From positions 658-64,657 of the forward strand of contig CAOJOK010000007.1 in NCBI GenBank assembly GCA_948440265.1: a stretch of 64,000 nucleotides of DNA. The letters run 5' to 3'. Shown piece by piece: positions 24,331 through 34,095 of this stretch (its first letter is position 1; each line of letters begins with the position of its first letter). This DNA is from an uncultured Clostridia bacterium. Its GTDB lineage: Bacteria > Bacillota > Clostridia > Christensenellales > Pumilibacteraceae. A program made the position numbers and the translations under genes. The notes under the pieces were generated by a model. The model saw nothing but the letters and a program-made list of their open reading frames with translations. It did no database searches and had not been told where the DNA came from.

Positions 24331-25989
24331 ATGAACCTACTCGACAGATACGTCAATCGAACGGAATTCACAGACTATGACGATTTGAAGAAGAATTACC
24401 GCGTCACCGTCCCCGAAAACTTCAATTTCGGGCGCGATATCGTGGACGAGTATGCAAGGCTCTGTCCCGACAAGAAAGCGCTTGTATGGTGCGACGACCG
24501 CGGCGAGGAAAAAATCATTACCTTCAAAGACGTTTCCGAAAACTCCAACCGCATTGCCAACGCGCTCTACCGCGCAGGCATACGCAAGGGCGATTCCGTG
24601 CTTGTTATGCTTATGTCGCGATTCGAATATTGGTATACGGTCGTGGCGCTGCACAAGCTGGGGGCGATTGCCATTCCCGCAACGGCGCAGCTCACCTACA
24701 AGGACATTATTTACCGCTGCAATTACGCGAGCGTGAAAGCCATTATTTCCGTCACGGCAAAGGGCGTTTCGGGCTATATAAAGGCTTCTCTGCCGCAGTG
24801 CCCCACCGTCAAGCTCGTTTTGACGATAGGCGAAAAGACAGACTTTTCCAAAGACTTTTCGACGTTTTACGAAGACGCGCGCGCGGACGGCTTGGACTTC
24901 GAAGTATCCAACAAATCCACCGACCCTATGATTTCCTATTTCACGTCGGGCACGACGGGTATGCCGAAGATGGTCACGCACAACTATGCCTATCCCCTTG
25001 CGCACGCTTTGACGGCGTTTTGGTGGCACCGCTGCCGCGACGACGGTCTGCACTTTACCGCCGCCGACACGGGCTGGGCAAAGGCGAGCTGGGGCAAGAT
25101 TTACGGCGAATGGATTTCGGGCTGTGCGGTGTTTGCATACGACTATTACGGGCGTTACACTCCGCTCGACCTTTTGCCGCTTCTCGTCAAGTACAAGGTC
25201 ACGTCGCTGTGCGCGCCGCCGACTATGTACCGCTTTTTGATTAAGGAGGACTTGACGAAGTTCGACCTTTCGGCAATAGAGCATTACTGTACTGCCGGCG
25301 AAGCGTTGAACCCCGAAGTGTACAAGCGCATTATGGAGAAGCTGGACAGGCCTGTATTCGAAGGTTACGGGCAGACGGAGACCGTCTTATGTATGGGTAC
25401 TTTCCCCGATATGCAGCCCCGTCCCGGCTCTATGGGCAAGCCCTCCCCGCTCTATGAAGTCGTACTGCTCGACGACGAAGGCAAGGTCATCGACGACAAC
25501 CGCGAAGGCGAAATCTGCATAAAGTACCGCGACGGGCAAATCGGACTTTTAATCGGATATTACACCGCGGACGGCAACATCCGCTCCGTATGGAAGGACG
25601 GATATTATCACACGGGCGACGTGGCGTACCGCGATGACGACGGTTATTACTGGTTTGTGGGGCGCGACGACGACATAATCAAGAGCAGCGGATACCGCAT
25701 AGGACCGTTCGAAGTGGAGAGCGCGCTTATGGAACACCCTGCAGTTATGGAATGTGCCATTACCGCCGTGGACGACGACGTGCGCGGACAGGTCATCAAA
25801 GCCACGATTGTGCTCGCGAAAAACTATTTCCCGAGCGAGGAGTTGAAAAAGGAATTGCAGGACCACGTCAAGCACACTACCGCGCCCTATAAATATCCGC
25901 GCATTGTGGAGTTTGTGAGCAAGCTGCCGAAAACCATTTCCGACAAAATCAGGCGCGTGGAGATACGCGAAAACGACTCCAACAAGTAA
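24331..25989 (+). CDS. AMP-forming acyl-CoA synthetase (medium-chain/ACSM-like)
   Basis: AMP-binding signature YFTSGTTGMPKMV, plus YGQTE, GDV..RDDDGYYWFVGRDDDIIK and a terminal K. Start reset to ATG 24331, with GAGG 6 nt upstream. Confidence 0.85.
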   Translation: MNLLDRYVNRTEFTDYDDLKKNYRVTVPENFNFGRDIVDEYARLCPDKKALVWCDDRGEEKIITFKDVSENSNRIANALYRAGIRKGDSVLVMLMSRFEYWYTVVALHKLGAIAIPATAQLTYKDIIYRCNYASVKAIISVTAKGVSGYIKASLPQCPTVKLVLTIGEKTDFSKDFSTFYEDARADGLDFEVSNKSTDPMISYFTSGTTGMPKMVTHNYAYPLAHALTAFWWHRCRDDGLHFTAADTGWAKASWGKIYGEWISGCAVFAYDYYGRYTPLDLLPLLVKYKVTSLCAPPTMYRFLIKEDLTKFDLSAIEHYCTAGEALNPEVYKRIMEKLDRPVFEGYGQTETVLCMGTFPDMQPRPGSMGKPSPLYEVVLLDDEGKVIDDNREGEICIKYRDGQIGLLIGYYTADGNIRSVWKDGYYHTGDVAYRDDDGYYWFVGRDDDIIKSSGYRIGPFEVESALMEHPAVMECAITAVDDDVRGQVIKATIVLAKNYFPSEELKKELQDHVKHTTAPYKYPRIVEFVSKLPKTISDKIRRVEIRENDSNK

Positions 25990-26002
25990 ATATGCCACTC
26001 TG

Positions 26003-26051
26003 AAAAAAAAGAGCGCGGAGACTGAACTCTCTGCGCTCTTATTGTTTTGTT
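26003..26051. terminator. Bidirectional terminator between convergent genes
   Basis: An A run, then GAGCGCGGAGA (26011-26021) pairing with TCTCTGCGCTC (26028-26038, one G-T pair), followed by TTATTGTTTTGTTTT. Confidence 0.75.
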
Positions 26052-26792
26052 TTACTTCTTGGCTTTTGCACCCTGCGGCATATAAATCACTCTGCGGCAG
26101 TTGTCGCACCTGCACACGCCCTTGTCGGTCAGCTCGCTCCTGCCTGCCTGCGACAGCTGCAAGCCGCAGCCGCGGCAGGACAGCGAATCTCTTTCGCCGA
26201 TATGAGCTTCGACGACGGGCGGAAATTTTCTCTCCGCGGCAAGTCCGTCGTACACTTTCATAAGCTCCTTGTCTATATTCGGGCGAAGCTCGTCGAGCTG
26301 TCTTTTGAGCTCGGACAAGTCCTTTTCCTTGTCCTGTCTGTCCTTGTCGACTTTTTCTTTGGACGCGTTGTATATGTCGCGCATTTTCTTTGCGTGGGTC
26401 TGCTGTTTCGTGTATTCGTCCACAATCTTTTCGCCCTTCTTCTTTGTCGGCTCCACTTTCTTTTCGTTTTCCGAAAGCTTCGCCTTTATCGCTTCGAGTT
26501 CCGAAATGAGCTGTTTTCTCTCTTTGGACGTGAGCTCCTTATCTTTCACGCGCTCTGCCGCGGCGGCGACTTTCGCCTGTGCGTCTTTGGTTGCGCCCGT
26601 CACGGCGTTCACCGTTTCCACGACGTCGCTTGCGTTGCGCTCCGTTTCTTCCATACTCTTTTTCGCCGCTTCGAACTCGTTTCTCGCCAGCGCGCCGCGC
26701 TTTGCGGTTTCGCTCTTTTCTATCGAGTCCGTCAGCCGTCTCAACTTCAAATCGATGTCCTGATATTTCAATATCGTTTTCAAATCTGCCAT
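26052..26792 (-). CDS. Coiled-coil protein with C-terminal C4 zinc ribbon (COG1579-like)
   Basis: 246 aa with long heptad-like K/E-rich helices. C-terminus CRGCGLQL...CRCDNCRR. Confidence 0.7.
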   Translation of the reverse strand: MADLKTILKYQDIDLKLRRLTDSIEKSETAKRGALARNEFEAAKKSMEETERNASDVVETVNAVTGATKDAQAKVAAAAERVKDKELTSKERKQLISELEAIKAKLSENEKKVEPTKKKGEKIVDEYTKQQTHAKKMRDIYNASKEKVDKDRQDKEKDLSELKRQLDELRPNIDKELMKVYDGLAAERKFPPVVEAHIGERDSLSCRGCGLQLSQAGRSELTDKGVCRCDNCRRVIYMPQGAKAKK

Positions 26793-26802
26793 ACAAGTCT
26801 CC

Positions 26803-27465
26803 TTATATTCCCCTGCCGTCGCTTTCGGCAGTGATGTCTTGGTTATTTGCGTGTTCGGCGCTTTTCAGCACCCGTTCTATTTCCGCAAGCAGTTTTTCCG
26901 ACTGCTCGGTCGGTTTAAACGCCGAATATTTCTTTTTCAGCATTTCGCACATTTTTATCAGCCCGTCCGTCGGGTTGTGCGCGTGCAGTCCGAACGCAAG
27001 CTGTAAGTCGTCCAAACCGCCGCCGCCTTTCTCGAAGCGCATAACGGGATAATAACGGTTTCTCTCGCACGCCGTGATTTCTTCTATCAAGCGGTAGCCG
27101 AGCTTTTCGGTCAGCGTCTTTCGGACTTCTTTCGCCTGCGTCTGCGGCTGTAATATCAGCGTTGCCGCCCCGTCGTATTCCGACAGTATTCCGAGCATTG
27201 TTTCCGCGCCCATACCGCAAACGGTTACTGCGGTGAAGTCGCGCGGCACGTTTTTAAGTCCGTCGCTTACTATGCACTCCGCGTTTTTATCTTTCAGCGC
27301 GCGCCGTGCCTTTTCCAGCGATTTGGCGCTTATATCGCAGGCGTATACCTTTTTCGCCTTGCCCGACTGCAATGCGGCAAGGCACAGCAAGCCGTGGTCG
27401 CACCCGACGTCCGCCAGCACGCAGTCGTTCGGAACGAGCGACAGCGCGGCTTCCAGACGTTTCAT
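26803..27465 (-). CDS. trmK: tRNA (adenine22-N1)-methyltransferase
   Basis: 220 aa. SAM motif [16 protein letters not shown]. Sits directly downstream of rpoD, as in Bacillus. Confidence 0.8.
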   Translation of the reverse strand: MKRLEAALSLVPNDCVLADVGCDHGLLCLAALQSGKAKKVYACDISAKSLEKARRALKDKNAECIVSDGLKNVPRDFTAVTVCGMGAETMLGILSEYDGAATLILQPQTQAKEVRKTLTEKLGYRLIEEITACERNRYYPVMRFEKGGGGLDDLQLAFGLHAHNPTDGLIKMCEMLKKKYSAFKPTEQSEKLLAEIERVLKSAEHANNQDITAESDGRGI

Positions 27466-28577
27466 TGGTCTATATAGTCCTTCAATTTCTTGCTTCTTGC
27501 CGGATGGCGGAGCTTACGCAGTGCCTTTGCTTCTATCTGGCGCACTCTCTCTCGCGTTACGCCGAACTCCTTGCCGACGTCTTCCAGCGTGCGCGGTCTG
27601 CCGTCGTCCAGTCCGTACCTGCGGCGCAAAACCATTTCTTCGCGCGGGTCCAAAGTATTGAGCGTATCGAGCAGCTGCTGTTTCAACAGCGAATACGCCG
27701 CCGCTTCCTGCGGAGTCGCCGTATTGTCGTCGGCGATAAAGTCGCCGAGGTGGCTGTCGTCGTCGTCGCCGACCGGGGTGTCCCACGGCAGAGGGGTGCG
27801 GGATATGCGCTGTATTTCGCGCACGCGCTCCTCGCTGACGCCCATTTCCCTGCTTATTTCGGCGGTGGTGGGCACTCTGCCGAGACGCTGTTCGAGCGCC
27901 TGCGACGCGTGCTTTTCCTTGTTTATCATTTCGCCCATATGCACGGGGATTCTTATCGTTCTTGCCTGGTCGGCAACCGCGCGCGTTATCGCCTGACGTA
28001 TCCACCAGGTCGCGTACGTCGAAAACCGAAAGCCCTTCGTATAGTCGAACTTGTCCACGGCTTTCATAAGTCCCATATTGCCTTCCTGTATCAAATCCAG
28101 AAACTGCAAGCCCCTGCCCACGTATCTCTTTGCCACCGACACCACGAGGCGCAAGTTGGCTTCCGAAAGCCTTTGTTTTGCCGTTTCGTCGCCGTCCAGC
28201 ACTCTGCGCGCAAGCTCCACTTCTTCGTCGCCCGTAAGCAGCGGCACTTTGCCGATGTCTTTCAAGTATACCTTGACGGGGTCGTCCGCCGCGGCGTCGG
28301 AAACCAGACTTTCCAGAGAATCTTTGACGTCAATCTGCGTGTAGATTATCTCTATGTTTTCCTTTTCCAGCACGCGGAAAACTTCGTCCATTTCCTGTGC
28401 CGTCGCTTCGCAGACGGGCACCAGCCTTTCGCCGACTTCGTCATAGGTAAGATGTCCGCGCTTCGTGCCGACACGGATAAGGCGTTTGACTTCCTTATCA
28501 ATCATTCCGCGTCTGCGAATTTCTTCCGCCGAAGTCTCCTGCTTGCTTTTAACTGTTTTTTCTTCTTTCTTCGCCAT
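27462..28577 (-). CDS. Sigma-70 (RpoD-type) factor, distal and more divergent paralog
   Basis: 371 aa with one region 1.1-like segment. Regions 1.2-2.4 are identical in protein to the neighbour. Region 3 is divergent ([24 protein letters not shown]). Region 4.2 reads [21 protein letters not shown]. Confidence 0.9.
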   Translation of the reverse strand: MAKKEEKTVKSKQETSAEEIRRRGMIDKEVKRLIRVGTKRGHLTYDEVGERLVPVCEATAQEMDEVFRVLEKENIEIIYTQIDVKDSLESLVSDAAADDPVKVYLKDIGKVPLLTGDEEVELARRVLDGDETAKQRLSEANLRLVVSVAKRYVGRGLQFLDLIQEGNMGLMKAVDKFDYTKGFRFSTYATWWIRQAITRAVADQARTIRIPVHMGEMINKEKHASQALEQRLGRVPTTAEISREMGVSEERVREIQRISRTPLPWDTPVGDDDDSHLGDFIADDNTATPQEAAAYSLLKQQLLDTLNTLDPREEMVLRRRYGLDDGRPRTLEDVGKEFGVTRERVRQIEAKALRKLRHPARSKKLKDYIDQ

Positions 28578-28600
28578 ATCTTCGTCCTCTAACGTACTCT

Positions 28601-29857
28601 CTATTCTTCCACATACTCTTTTAACTTCTTGCTTCTCGACGGGTGGCGCAGTTTACGCAGCGCCTTTGCTTCTATCTGACGTATTCTCTCTCTCGTTACT
28701 CCGAACTCCGTTCCCACTTCTTCCAGCGTGCGCGGATGTCCGTCGTCGAGACCGTATCGCAGTCTGATTACCTTTTCTTCTCTCGGCGACAGCGTGTCCA
28801 ATATTCCGAAAAGCTGACGGCGCAGCAGTGCGAACGCCGCCGCGTCCTGCGGAGACATCGCCCTTTCGTCTTCTATAAAGTCGCCGAGGCGCGTGTCGTC
28901 TTCTTCGCCGACGGGCGTTTCCAGCGATACGGGGTCCATAGCTATGCGCTGAATTTCCACGACGCGCTGAACGGGCAGTCCCATTTCCTTGCTTATCTCC
29001 TCGACGGACGGTTCTCTGCCGAGCTTCTGGCTCAATGCGCGCGTGGTTCTCAAGAGCTTGTTTATCGTTTCCACCATATGCACGGGGATTCTTATCGTCC
29101 TTGCCTGGTCGGCGATGGCGCGTGTTATCGCCTGACGTATCCACCAGGTAGCGTACGTCGAAAACCGAAAGCCCTTCGTATAGTCGAACTTGTCCACGGC
29201 TTTCATAAGTCCCATATTGCCTTCCTGTATCAAGTCCAGAAACTGCAAGCCCCTGCCCACGTATCTTTTTGCCACAGACACCACAAGGCGCAGATTGGCT
29301 TCCGAAAGCCTTTGTTTCGCCGTTTCGTCGCCGTCCAGCATTTTGAGAGCGAGGTCGTATTCTTCGTCGCCGGAAAGCAACGGCACTTTGCCGATGTCTT
29401 TCAAGTATACCTTGACGGGGTCGTCCGTGGACACTTCGGACACTATCTTTTCGAAGCTGTCCGTTTTGGCGTCGTCGCCGTAAGTCACCTTTATGCCCTC
29501 TTCGGAAATGATGCGGAACACTTCTTCCATTTGCTCGGCGTTGGCTTCGCAGACGGGGACCAGTCTTGCTCCGATTTCGTCATAGGTAAGGCTGCCCCTT
29601 TTCCTGCCCACGCCTATAAGTCTGCGCATTTCCTTTTCTATGCTTGCAGTCAGTGCGGCGTGCTTCGGCTTTTTCTCCACGGTTATCTTTGCGTCTTCCA
29701 GACGGCGCAGGACTTCTTCCATTTCTTCGGCGCCGGCTTCGCAGTTTATCGCGAGCTTTTCGCCGATTTCGTCGTACGACAGACGACCGCCGTTTTTTTT
29801 CGCGGCTTTTGTCAGCTGTGCATACGCTTTTTCTATTTTCTCGTTTGTCTTTGTCAC
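28601..29857 (-). CDS. rpoD: Primary-type sigma-70 factor RpoD/SigA
   Basis: 418 aa, directly after dnaG. Two region-1.1-like segments ([11 protein letters not shown].., [11 protein letters not shown]..). Canonical region 2 ([16 protein letters not shown]), region 3 ([22 protein letters not shown]) and region 4.2. Confidence 0.92.
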   Translation of the reverse strand: MTKTNEKIEKAYAQLTKAAKKNGGRLSYDEIGEKLAINCEAGAEEMEEVLRRLEDAKITVEKKPKHAALTASIEKEMRRLIGVGRKRGSLTYDEIGARLVPVCEANAEQMEEVFRIISEEGIKVTYGDDAKTDSFEKIVSEVSTDDPVKVYLKDIGKVPLLSGDEEYDLALKMLDGDETAKQRLSEANLRLVVSVAKRYVGRGLQFLDLIQEGNMGLMKAVDKFDYTKGFRFSTYATWWIRQAITRAIADQARTIRIPVHMVETINKLLRTTRALSQKLGREPSVEEISKEMGLPVQRVVEIQRIAMDPVSLETPVGEEDDTRLGDFIEDERAMSPQDAAAFALLRRQLFGILDTLSPREEKVIRLRYGLDDGHPRTLEEVGTEFGVTRERIRQIEAKALRKLRHPSRSKKLKEYVEE

Positions 29858-29874
29858 TTAAATCGACTTCCTTT

Positions 29875-31647
29875 TTAATTACCGCTGTTTATCTCTTTGA
29901 GCTTTTTGGACAGTATGCCTATCTGTTTCAGTATCCGTCCTTTTTCCGTGCCGTCCGCCGCACCGTAAGACGAGTTCAGCCTGTCCATTTCTTCCTTTAT
30001 CCTGCTTGTCTGCAATTCCCGAAGGCAATCGAGATATTCCCGTCTTTCGTCGCCGCCGATAAACTCGTAATCGGCGATTCTGTGAAGCAGGCTTGCGCCT
30101 TCGTCGTCGAGCAGGGAAAACAGAGAATCTATGCGAACCGTTCCGCTCTCGTTCTTATATCTTTCTATCGCTTCGTACACGCTTCTGTACGCGCCCGTTT
30201 CCGGCAGAAAGTCCGAGTTTTCCATAAACTCCGCATACACCTTTTCGTATGCCAGCGACGCCAGCACGCACAGCGCCGCTTTATCGGTCGCGCTTGAACG
30301 CGTTTCCTTGGCTCCCGTAGGCTCCGGCGGTATTGCCGCTTCTTCTTCCTGCGAGAGCAGTTCCGCCTGTTTCATCAAAACGTGCTTGCTGTACCCCGTC
30401 AGGCTCTGCACCAGGTTTATGTACTCCTCCTGTTCCGCGGCGCTCGGGCGGCGTCTTATGACGTCGATTGCGGCTTTGGCAAAGCCCGCCTTGCCTTCCG
30501 AGTCCGTCAAATCATAGGACTTTTTCAGCGTTTTTATCTTGAACGACGTCAGCGTTTCGGCTTCGTCCAGCAGCTTTTTATAAGCCGCCGCGCCCTGCTT
30601 TTTGATTACGTCGTCGGGGTCCATTCCTTCGGGAAGCGACACCACTCTGACCGACAGCCCTGCGTTTTCCAGAATGTCCAATCCGCGCATTGTGGCTTTC
30701 TGCCCCGCGCCGTCGCCGTCATAGCTTATGTACACCCTGTCGGCATAGTTCTTCAAAAGCTTTGCCTGCGTGGACGTCAGCGCCGTGCCCATCGACGCGA
30801 CGGCGGTGTCGAAGCCGCCCTTATGCAGGGCTATGACGTCCATATAGCCTTCGGTCATTATTATGCTGTCGAAGTTCTCGCGCTGTTTCTTTTTCTTCAA
30901 AAGGTTTATGCCGTAGATATTGCGCGATTTATCGAATATCGGGGTCTGCGACGAGTTGCGGTATTTGGCGAACTCGTAATCGGCTTTCAGCGTTCTGCCG
31001 CCGAATGCCACGACGTTGCGGAAGTTGTCTATTATCGGGAAAATCAGTCTGCCGTAAAACACGTCGTAATAGGAATCGGCGCGCTGTTCTATGAGTCCGA
31101 CTTCCTTCATTTCGGCTTTCGTATAGCCCTTCTTCGTCAGAAAGTCTATCATTTCGCCGCCGTTCAAGCTGTACCCGAGTCCGAACTTTACAATCAGATT
31201 GCCGTCTATTTCGCGCTTTTCGAGATACTGTCTTGCGACTTCCGCCTGCGGCAGATGCAGGTTTTCGTGGTAGTGCCGCGCCGCGTCTTTCATCAGCGCG
31301 TACAGCCGTTTCTTTTTATCGGGGTCATAGCCGCTCTTTTTGCCGCCCTTGAACTGCGGTATTTCCATATGCGCCGCTTCGGCAAGTATTCTCACGGCGT
31401 CCATAAAGTCGACGCTCTCCATTTTCTGCACGAAGGTTATCGCGTTGCCGCTTTCCTTGCAGCCGAAGCAGTGGTAGAACTGTTTTGCCTGATTGACGGC
31501 GAACGACGGGTCTTTTTCGTGGTGAAACGGACAACAGCCCCAGTGGGTATTGCCCTTTTGCTTCAACGGCACGTAACGCGATATGACCTGCACCACGTCC
31601 GTGCGGTTTAAAAGCTCGTCTATAAACTCTCTGAAATCGTCGTTCAA
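29875..31647 (-). CDS. dnaG: DNA primase
   Basis: 590 aa. Zinc finger (WGCCPFHHEKDPSFAVN...YHCFGC) and TOPRIM (IMTEGYMDVIALH, YISYDGDGAGQKAT). Confidence 0.95.
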   Translation of the reverse strand: MNDDFREFIDELLNRTDVVQVISRYVPLKQKGNTHWGCCPFHHEKDPSFAVNQAKQFYHCFGCKESGNAITFVQKMESVDFMDAVRILAEAAHMEIPQFKGGKKSGYDPDKKKRLYALMKDAARHYHENLHLPQAEVARQYLEKREIDGNLIVKFGLGYSLNGGEMIDFLTKKGYTKAEMKEVGLIEQRADSYYDVFYGRLIFPIIDNFRNVVAFGGRTLKADYEFAKYRNSSQTPIFDKSRNIYGINLLKKKKQRENFDSIIMTEGYMDVIALHKGGFDTAVASMGTALTSTQAKLLKNYADRVYISYDGDGAGQKATMRGLDILENAGLSVRVVSLPEGMDPDDVIKKQGAAAYKKLLDEAETLTSFKIKTLKKSYDLTDSEGKAGFAKAAIDVIRRRPSAAEQEEYINLVQSLTGYSKHVLMKQAELLSQEEEAAIPPEPTGAKETRSSATDKAALCVLASLAYEKVYAEFMENSDFLPETGAYRSVYEAIERYKNESGTVRIDSLFSLLDDEGASLLHRIADYEFIGGDERREYLDCLRELQTSRIKEEMDRLNSSYGAADGTEKGRILKQIGILSKKLKEINSGN

Positions 31648-31662
31648 CTAAACCCGTTTCCT

Positions 31663-32658
31663 TTACAGCACCGACCAGCCGCGCGGTACGGTTATATCTT
31701 CGAACACGCGCGTGGCGTAGTTGTCGCTCATAGACGCGACGAAGTCCGCCGCCGCCTGTTTTACGTTGCCTTCCGACAACGAAAGTAATTCGCGCGGCAG
31801 TTTGTCCGTATGCTTCTCGAAATATTCGAAAAGGTATTCTATCATACTCTCCGCCTTGCTTTCTTCCGTTTTAGCCGCGCCTGCCGTGTACACTCTTTCG
31901 AACAAAAATGCCCGCAATCCCATTATGTTTTCTTTCATAGCCGCACTCGGTTCGACGACATTTTTTCCGCAGCTGTTATTTATTATATCCATTATCATAG
32001 TATCGATACGCGCGCCGTGCGTGACGCCGAATACGCGGGAATACTTTTCGGGTATGTCGCTCGGCATTATCACTTTTCCGCGTAGCGCGTCGTCTATGTC
32101 GTGGCTTATGTAGGCTATTTTGTCGCTCCAACGCACGGTTTCGCCTTCCAGCGTTTCAGGCTTGCCTGCCGTCGTGTGATTGACTATTCCGTCTCTGACT
32201 TCATAGGTAAGATTGAGCCCTTGCCCGTCGTTTTCCAAAACGTCTACCACGCGAAGCGAATGGACGTTGTGGGAAAAGTCGAGATGACGGCGAAGCGCGC
32301 GCTCGCCTGCGTGTCCGAACGGAGTGTGTCCCAAGTCGTGCCCCAGCGCAATAGCTTCCGTCAAGTCGCAGTTGAGCCGCAGAGCGAAAGCTATCGTTCG
32401 GGCAATCTGACTGACTTCCAGCGTGTGAGTCAGGCGCGTGCGGTAATAGTCGCCTTCTGGTGCGAGAAAGACCTGCGTCTTGTGTTTCAGCCTGCGGAAC
32501 GCCTTGCAGTGCAGAATTCTGTCCCTGTCGCGCTGATATTCGGTGCGCAACTCGCAGGGCGAAATAGGACGAAGCCGACCCTTGCTGTCCGCACTGTGCG
32601 CGGCGAATCGGCTTAAAAACTCTTTTTCGTAATTCAGCGCATTTTCTTTAAAGTTCAT
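31663..32658 (-). CDS. dGTP triphosphohydrolase-like HD-domain protein
   Basis: HD motifs TRLTHTLEVSQIAR and LGHDLGHTPFGHAGE. Start reset to ATG 32658 because the track GTG (32682) lies inside the predicted promoter spacer. Confidence 0.85.
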   Translation of the reverse strand: MNFKENALNYEKEFLSRFAAHSADSKGRLRPISPCELRTEYQRDRDRILHCKAFRRLKHKTQVFLAPEGDYYRTRLTHTLEVSQIARTIAFALRLNCDLTEAIALGHDLGHTPFGHAGERALRRHLDFSHNVHSLRVVDVLENDGQGLNLTYEVRDGIVNHTTAGKPETLEGETVRWSDKIAYISHDIDDALRGKVIMPSDIPEKYSRVFGVTHGARIDTMIMDIINNSCGKNVVEPSAAMKENIMGLRAFLFERVYTAGAAKTEESKAESMIEYLFEYFEKHTDKLPRELLSLSEGNVKQAAADFVASMSDNYATRVFEDITVPRGWSVL

Positions 32659-32672
32659 TCTTCCGTGGGTAA

Positions 32673-32701
32673 AGTTTATCACATTCCCCCGCGTTTGTCA
32701 A
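32673..32701 (-). promoter_or_regulatory. Promoter of the dGTPase-dnaG-rpoD-rpoD-trmK operon
   Basis: TTGACA (32701-32696), a 17-nt spacer, then TAAACT (32678-32673), preceded by TGA (extended -10). Confidence 0.5.
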
Positions 32702-32820
32702 GTCTTTTGGCATTATGATTATTCAAGGGCGAAAAAGCAGACATTTTAAAATGGGCGCGCACTTTGCGTACAAAAAGAAAGGGCGCGCAAAGCACGAAAG
32801 TCCTGCCGCAGAAAAAGTTC

Positions 32821-33107
32821 AAAGAAAGAGTTTGTAAGCGTTCTGATGCAGGGGATTTCTCCGCTTCGCACACTGACGTGTGCTTCGGTCGAAATGACAT
32901 TGGGAAAAGAAAAGCGCGCTTCGGTCGAAATGGTTTGACAGAGCGCGCTTCAAAAGAATAGTGCGTGAAAAGTATAGAGCGTCCTGACGGCATAGAAACG
33001 AGCAGTTCAAGGAAAGCAAGCATTTTCGAGCGGGAGCGTACTTCTTGTACGTGACCCGAGAAAATGCGCCGCTTGACGCCGAAATGCGACGTTTATATGC
33101 CGTCAGG
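32821..33107. repeat. Structured intergenic repeat, copy 1 (287 bp)
   Basis: 51-nt perfect match (32821-32871) to 57940-57990. The rest aligns with substitutions and indels. The right-hand 125 nt (32983-33107) are closed by a perfect 12-bp inverted repeat, CCTGACGGCATA/TATGCCGTCAGG. Its last bases overlap the oppF stop codon. Confidence 0.85.
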
Positions 33108-34095
33108 CGAGATGGCAGGCGACAAAATGTCCCCCACCCACATCCCTAAACTCCGGTTCAGACTCCTTGCAGACGTCGGTGCATTTATTGCAACGCGTAT
33201 GGAATTTACAGCCTTTCGGAGGATTGGCAGGCGACGGGATATCGCCTTTGAGAGTTATGCGGTTCATTTTTACATTCGGGTCCGGCATAGGCACGGCGGA
33301 GAGCAGGGCTTCCGTATACGGGTGCATAGGGTTTTTGAACAGCTCCCTTTTCGGCGCGAACTCCACCATATTGCCGAGATACATTACGCCGACGTCGTCG
33401 GAAATATGTTCCACGACCGACAAATCGTGCGAAATGAACACATAGGCAAGGTTGTTCTTTTCCTGCAAGTCCTTGAACAGATTTATTATCTGCGCCTGTA
33501 TGGACACGTCGAGCGCGGAAACGGGCTCGTCGCAAATCACGAGCTTGGGCTTTAATGCCAGCACTTTGGCAATGCAGATACGCTGACGCTGACCGCCCGA
33601 AAACTCGTGCGGATAGCGTTCGAAATAGTGCGTTTGAAGTCCGCACTTCTGCATTACGTCGTATATGTAGTCCTTATAGTCTTCTTTCGGGACTATCTTA
33701 TGCACTTTGACCGCTTCGCCTATTATCTCGCCGACGGGCAGTCTGGGTGACAGCGACGAATACGGGTCCTGAAATATCATTTGAAACTGCGGACGGAGTT
33801 TGCGAAGCGTCTCGCCTTTGAGCTTGGCAAGGTCCACTCCGTCGAAAAGTATCTTTCCGTCCGTGACGTCGGTAAGCCGCAGTATGGTTCTGCCCATTGT
33901 CGTTTTGCCGCAGCCGCTCTCCCCGACTATTCCTATGGTCTTTCCCGCTTCCAGCGAAAAGGATACGCCGTCTACGGCGCGCAGGTATTTGCGGTTTTCC
34001 TTTTTGAAAGCCTTGTTTATCAGAAAGTATTTTTTCAGATTCTCGACTTTGAGCAGGGGTTCTTTATTGATTGCGGTGTCTACAGAGTCGCTCAT
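33103..34095 (-). CDS. oppF: Oligopeptide/dipeptide ABC transporter ATP-binding protein
   Basis: 330 aa. Walker A GESGCGKTT, signature FSGGQRQR, Walker B LVICDEPVSALD, and the Opp-type C-terminal Cys-rich tail (CKFHTRC..C). Confidence 0.88.
   Translation of the reverse strand: MSDSVDTAINKEPLLKVENLKKYFLINKAFKKENRKYLRAVDGVSFSLEAGKTIGIVGESGCGKTTMGRTILRLTDVTDGKILFDGVDLAKLKGETLRKLRPQFQMIFQDPYSSLSPRLPVGEIIGEAVKVHKIVPKEDYKDYIYDVMQKCGLQTHYFERYPHEFSGGQRQRICIAKVLALKPKLVICDEPVSALDVSIQAQIINLFKDLQEKNNLAYVFISHDLSVVEHISDDVGVMYLGNMVEFAPKRELFKNPMHPYTEALLSAVPMPDPNVKMNRITLKGDIPSPANPPKGCKFHTRCNKCTDVCKESEPEFRDVGGGHFVACHLA

Noticed and set aside
27462-29857. The possibility that the tandem rpoD pair is an assembly duplication artefact.
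   Set aside because: The copies have different N-terminal architectures, a clearly diverged region 3/4.1, different lengths, and a distinct 23-nt spacer with its own RBS. A collapsed or expanded repeat would be near-identical throughout. Read-level confirmation is still advisable.
32679-33023. Small minus-strand ORFs at 32679-33023, 32819-33019, 57815-58099 and 57855-58217 that share peptide strings such as AKRRNPLHQNAYKLFL and CEAEKSPASERLQTLS.
   Set aside because: The shared peptides come from the 51-nt identical DNA core of the intergenic repeat. Frames and lengths differ between copies, there are no RBSs, and the substitutions between copies preserve hairpins rather than codons.
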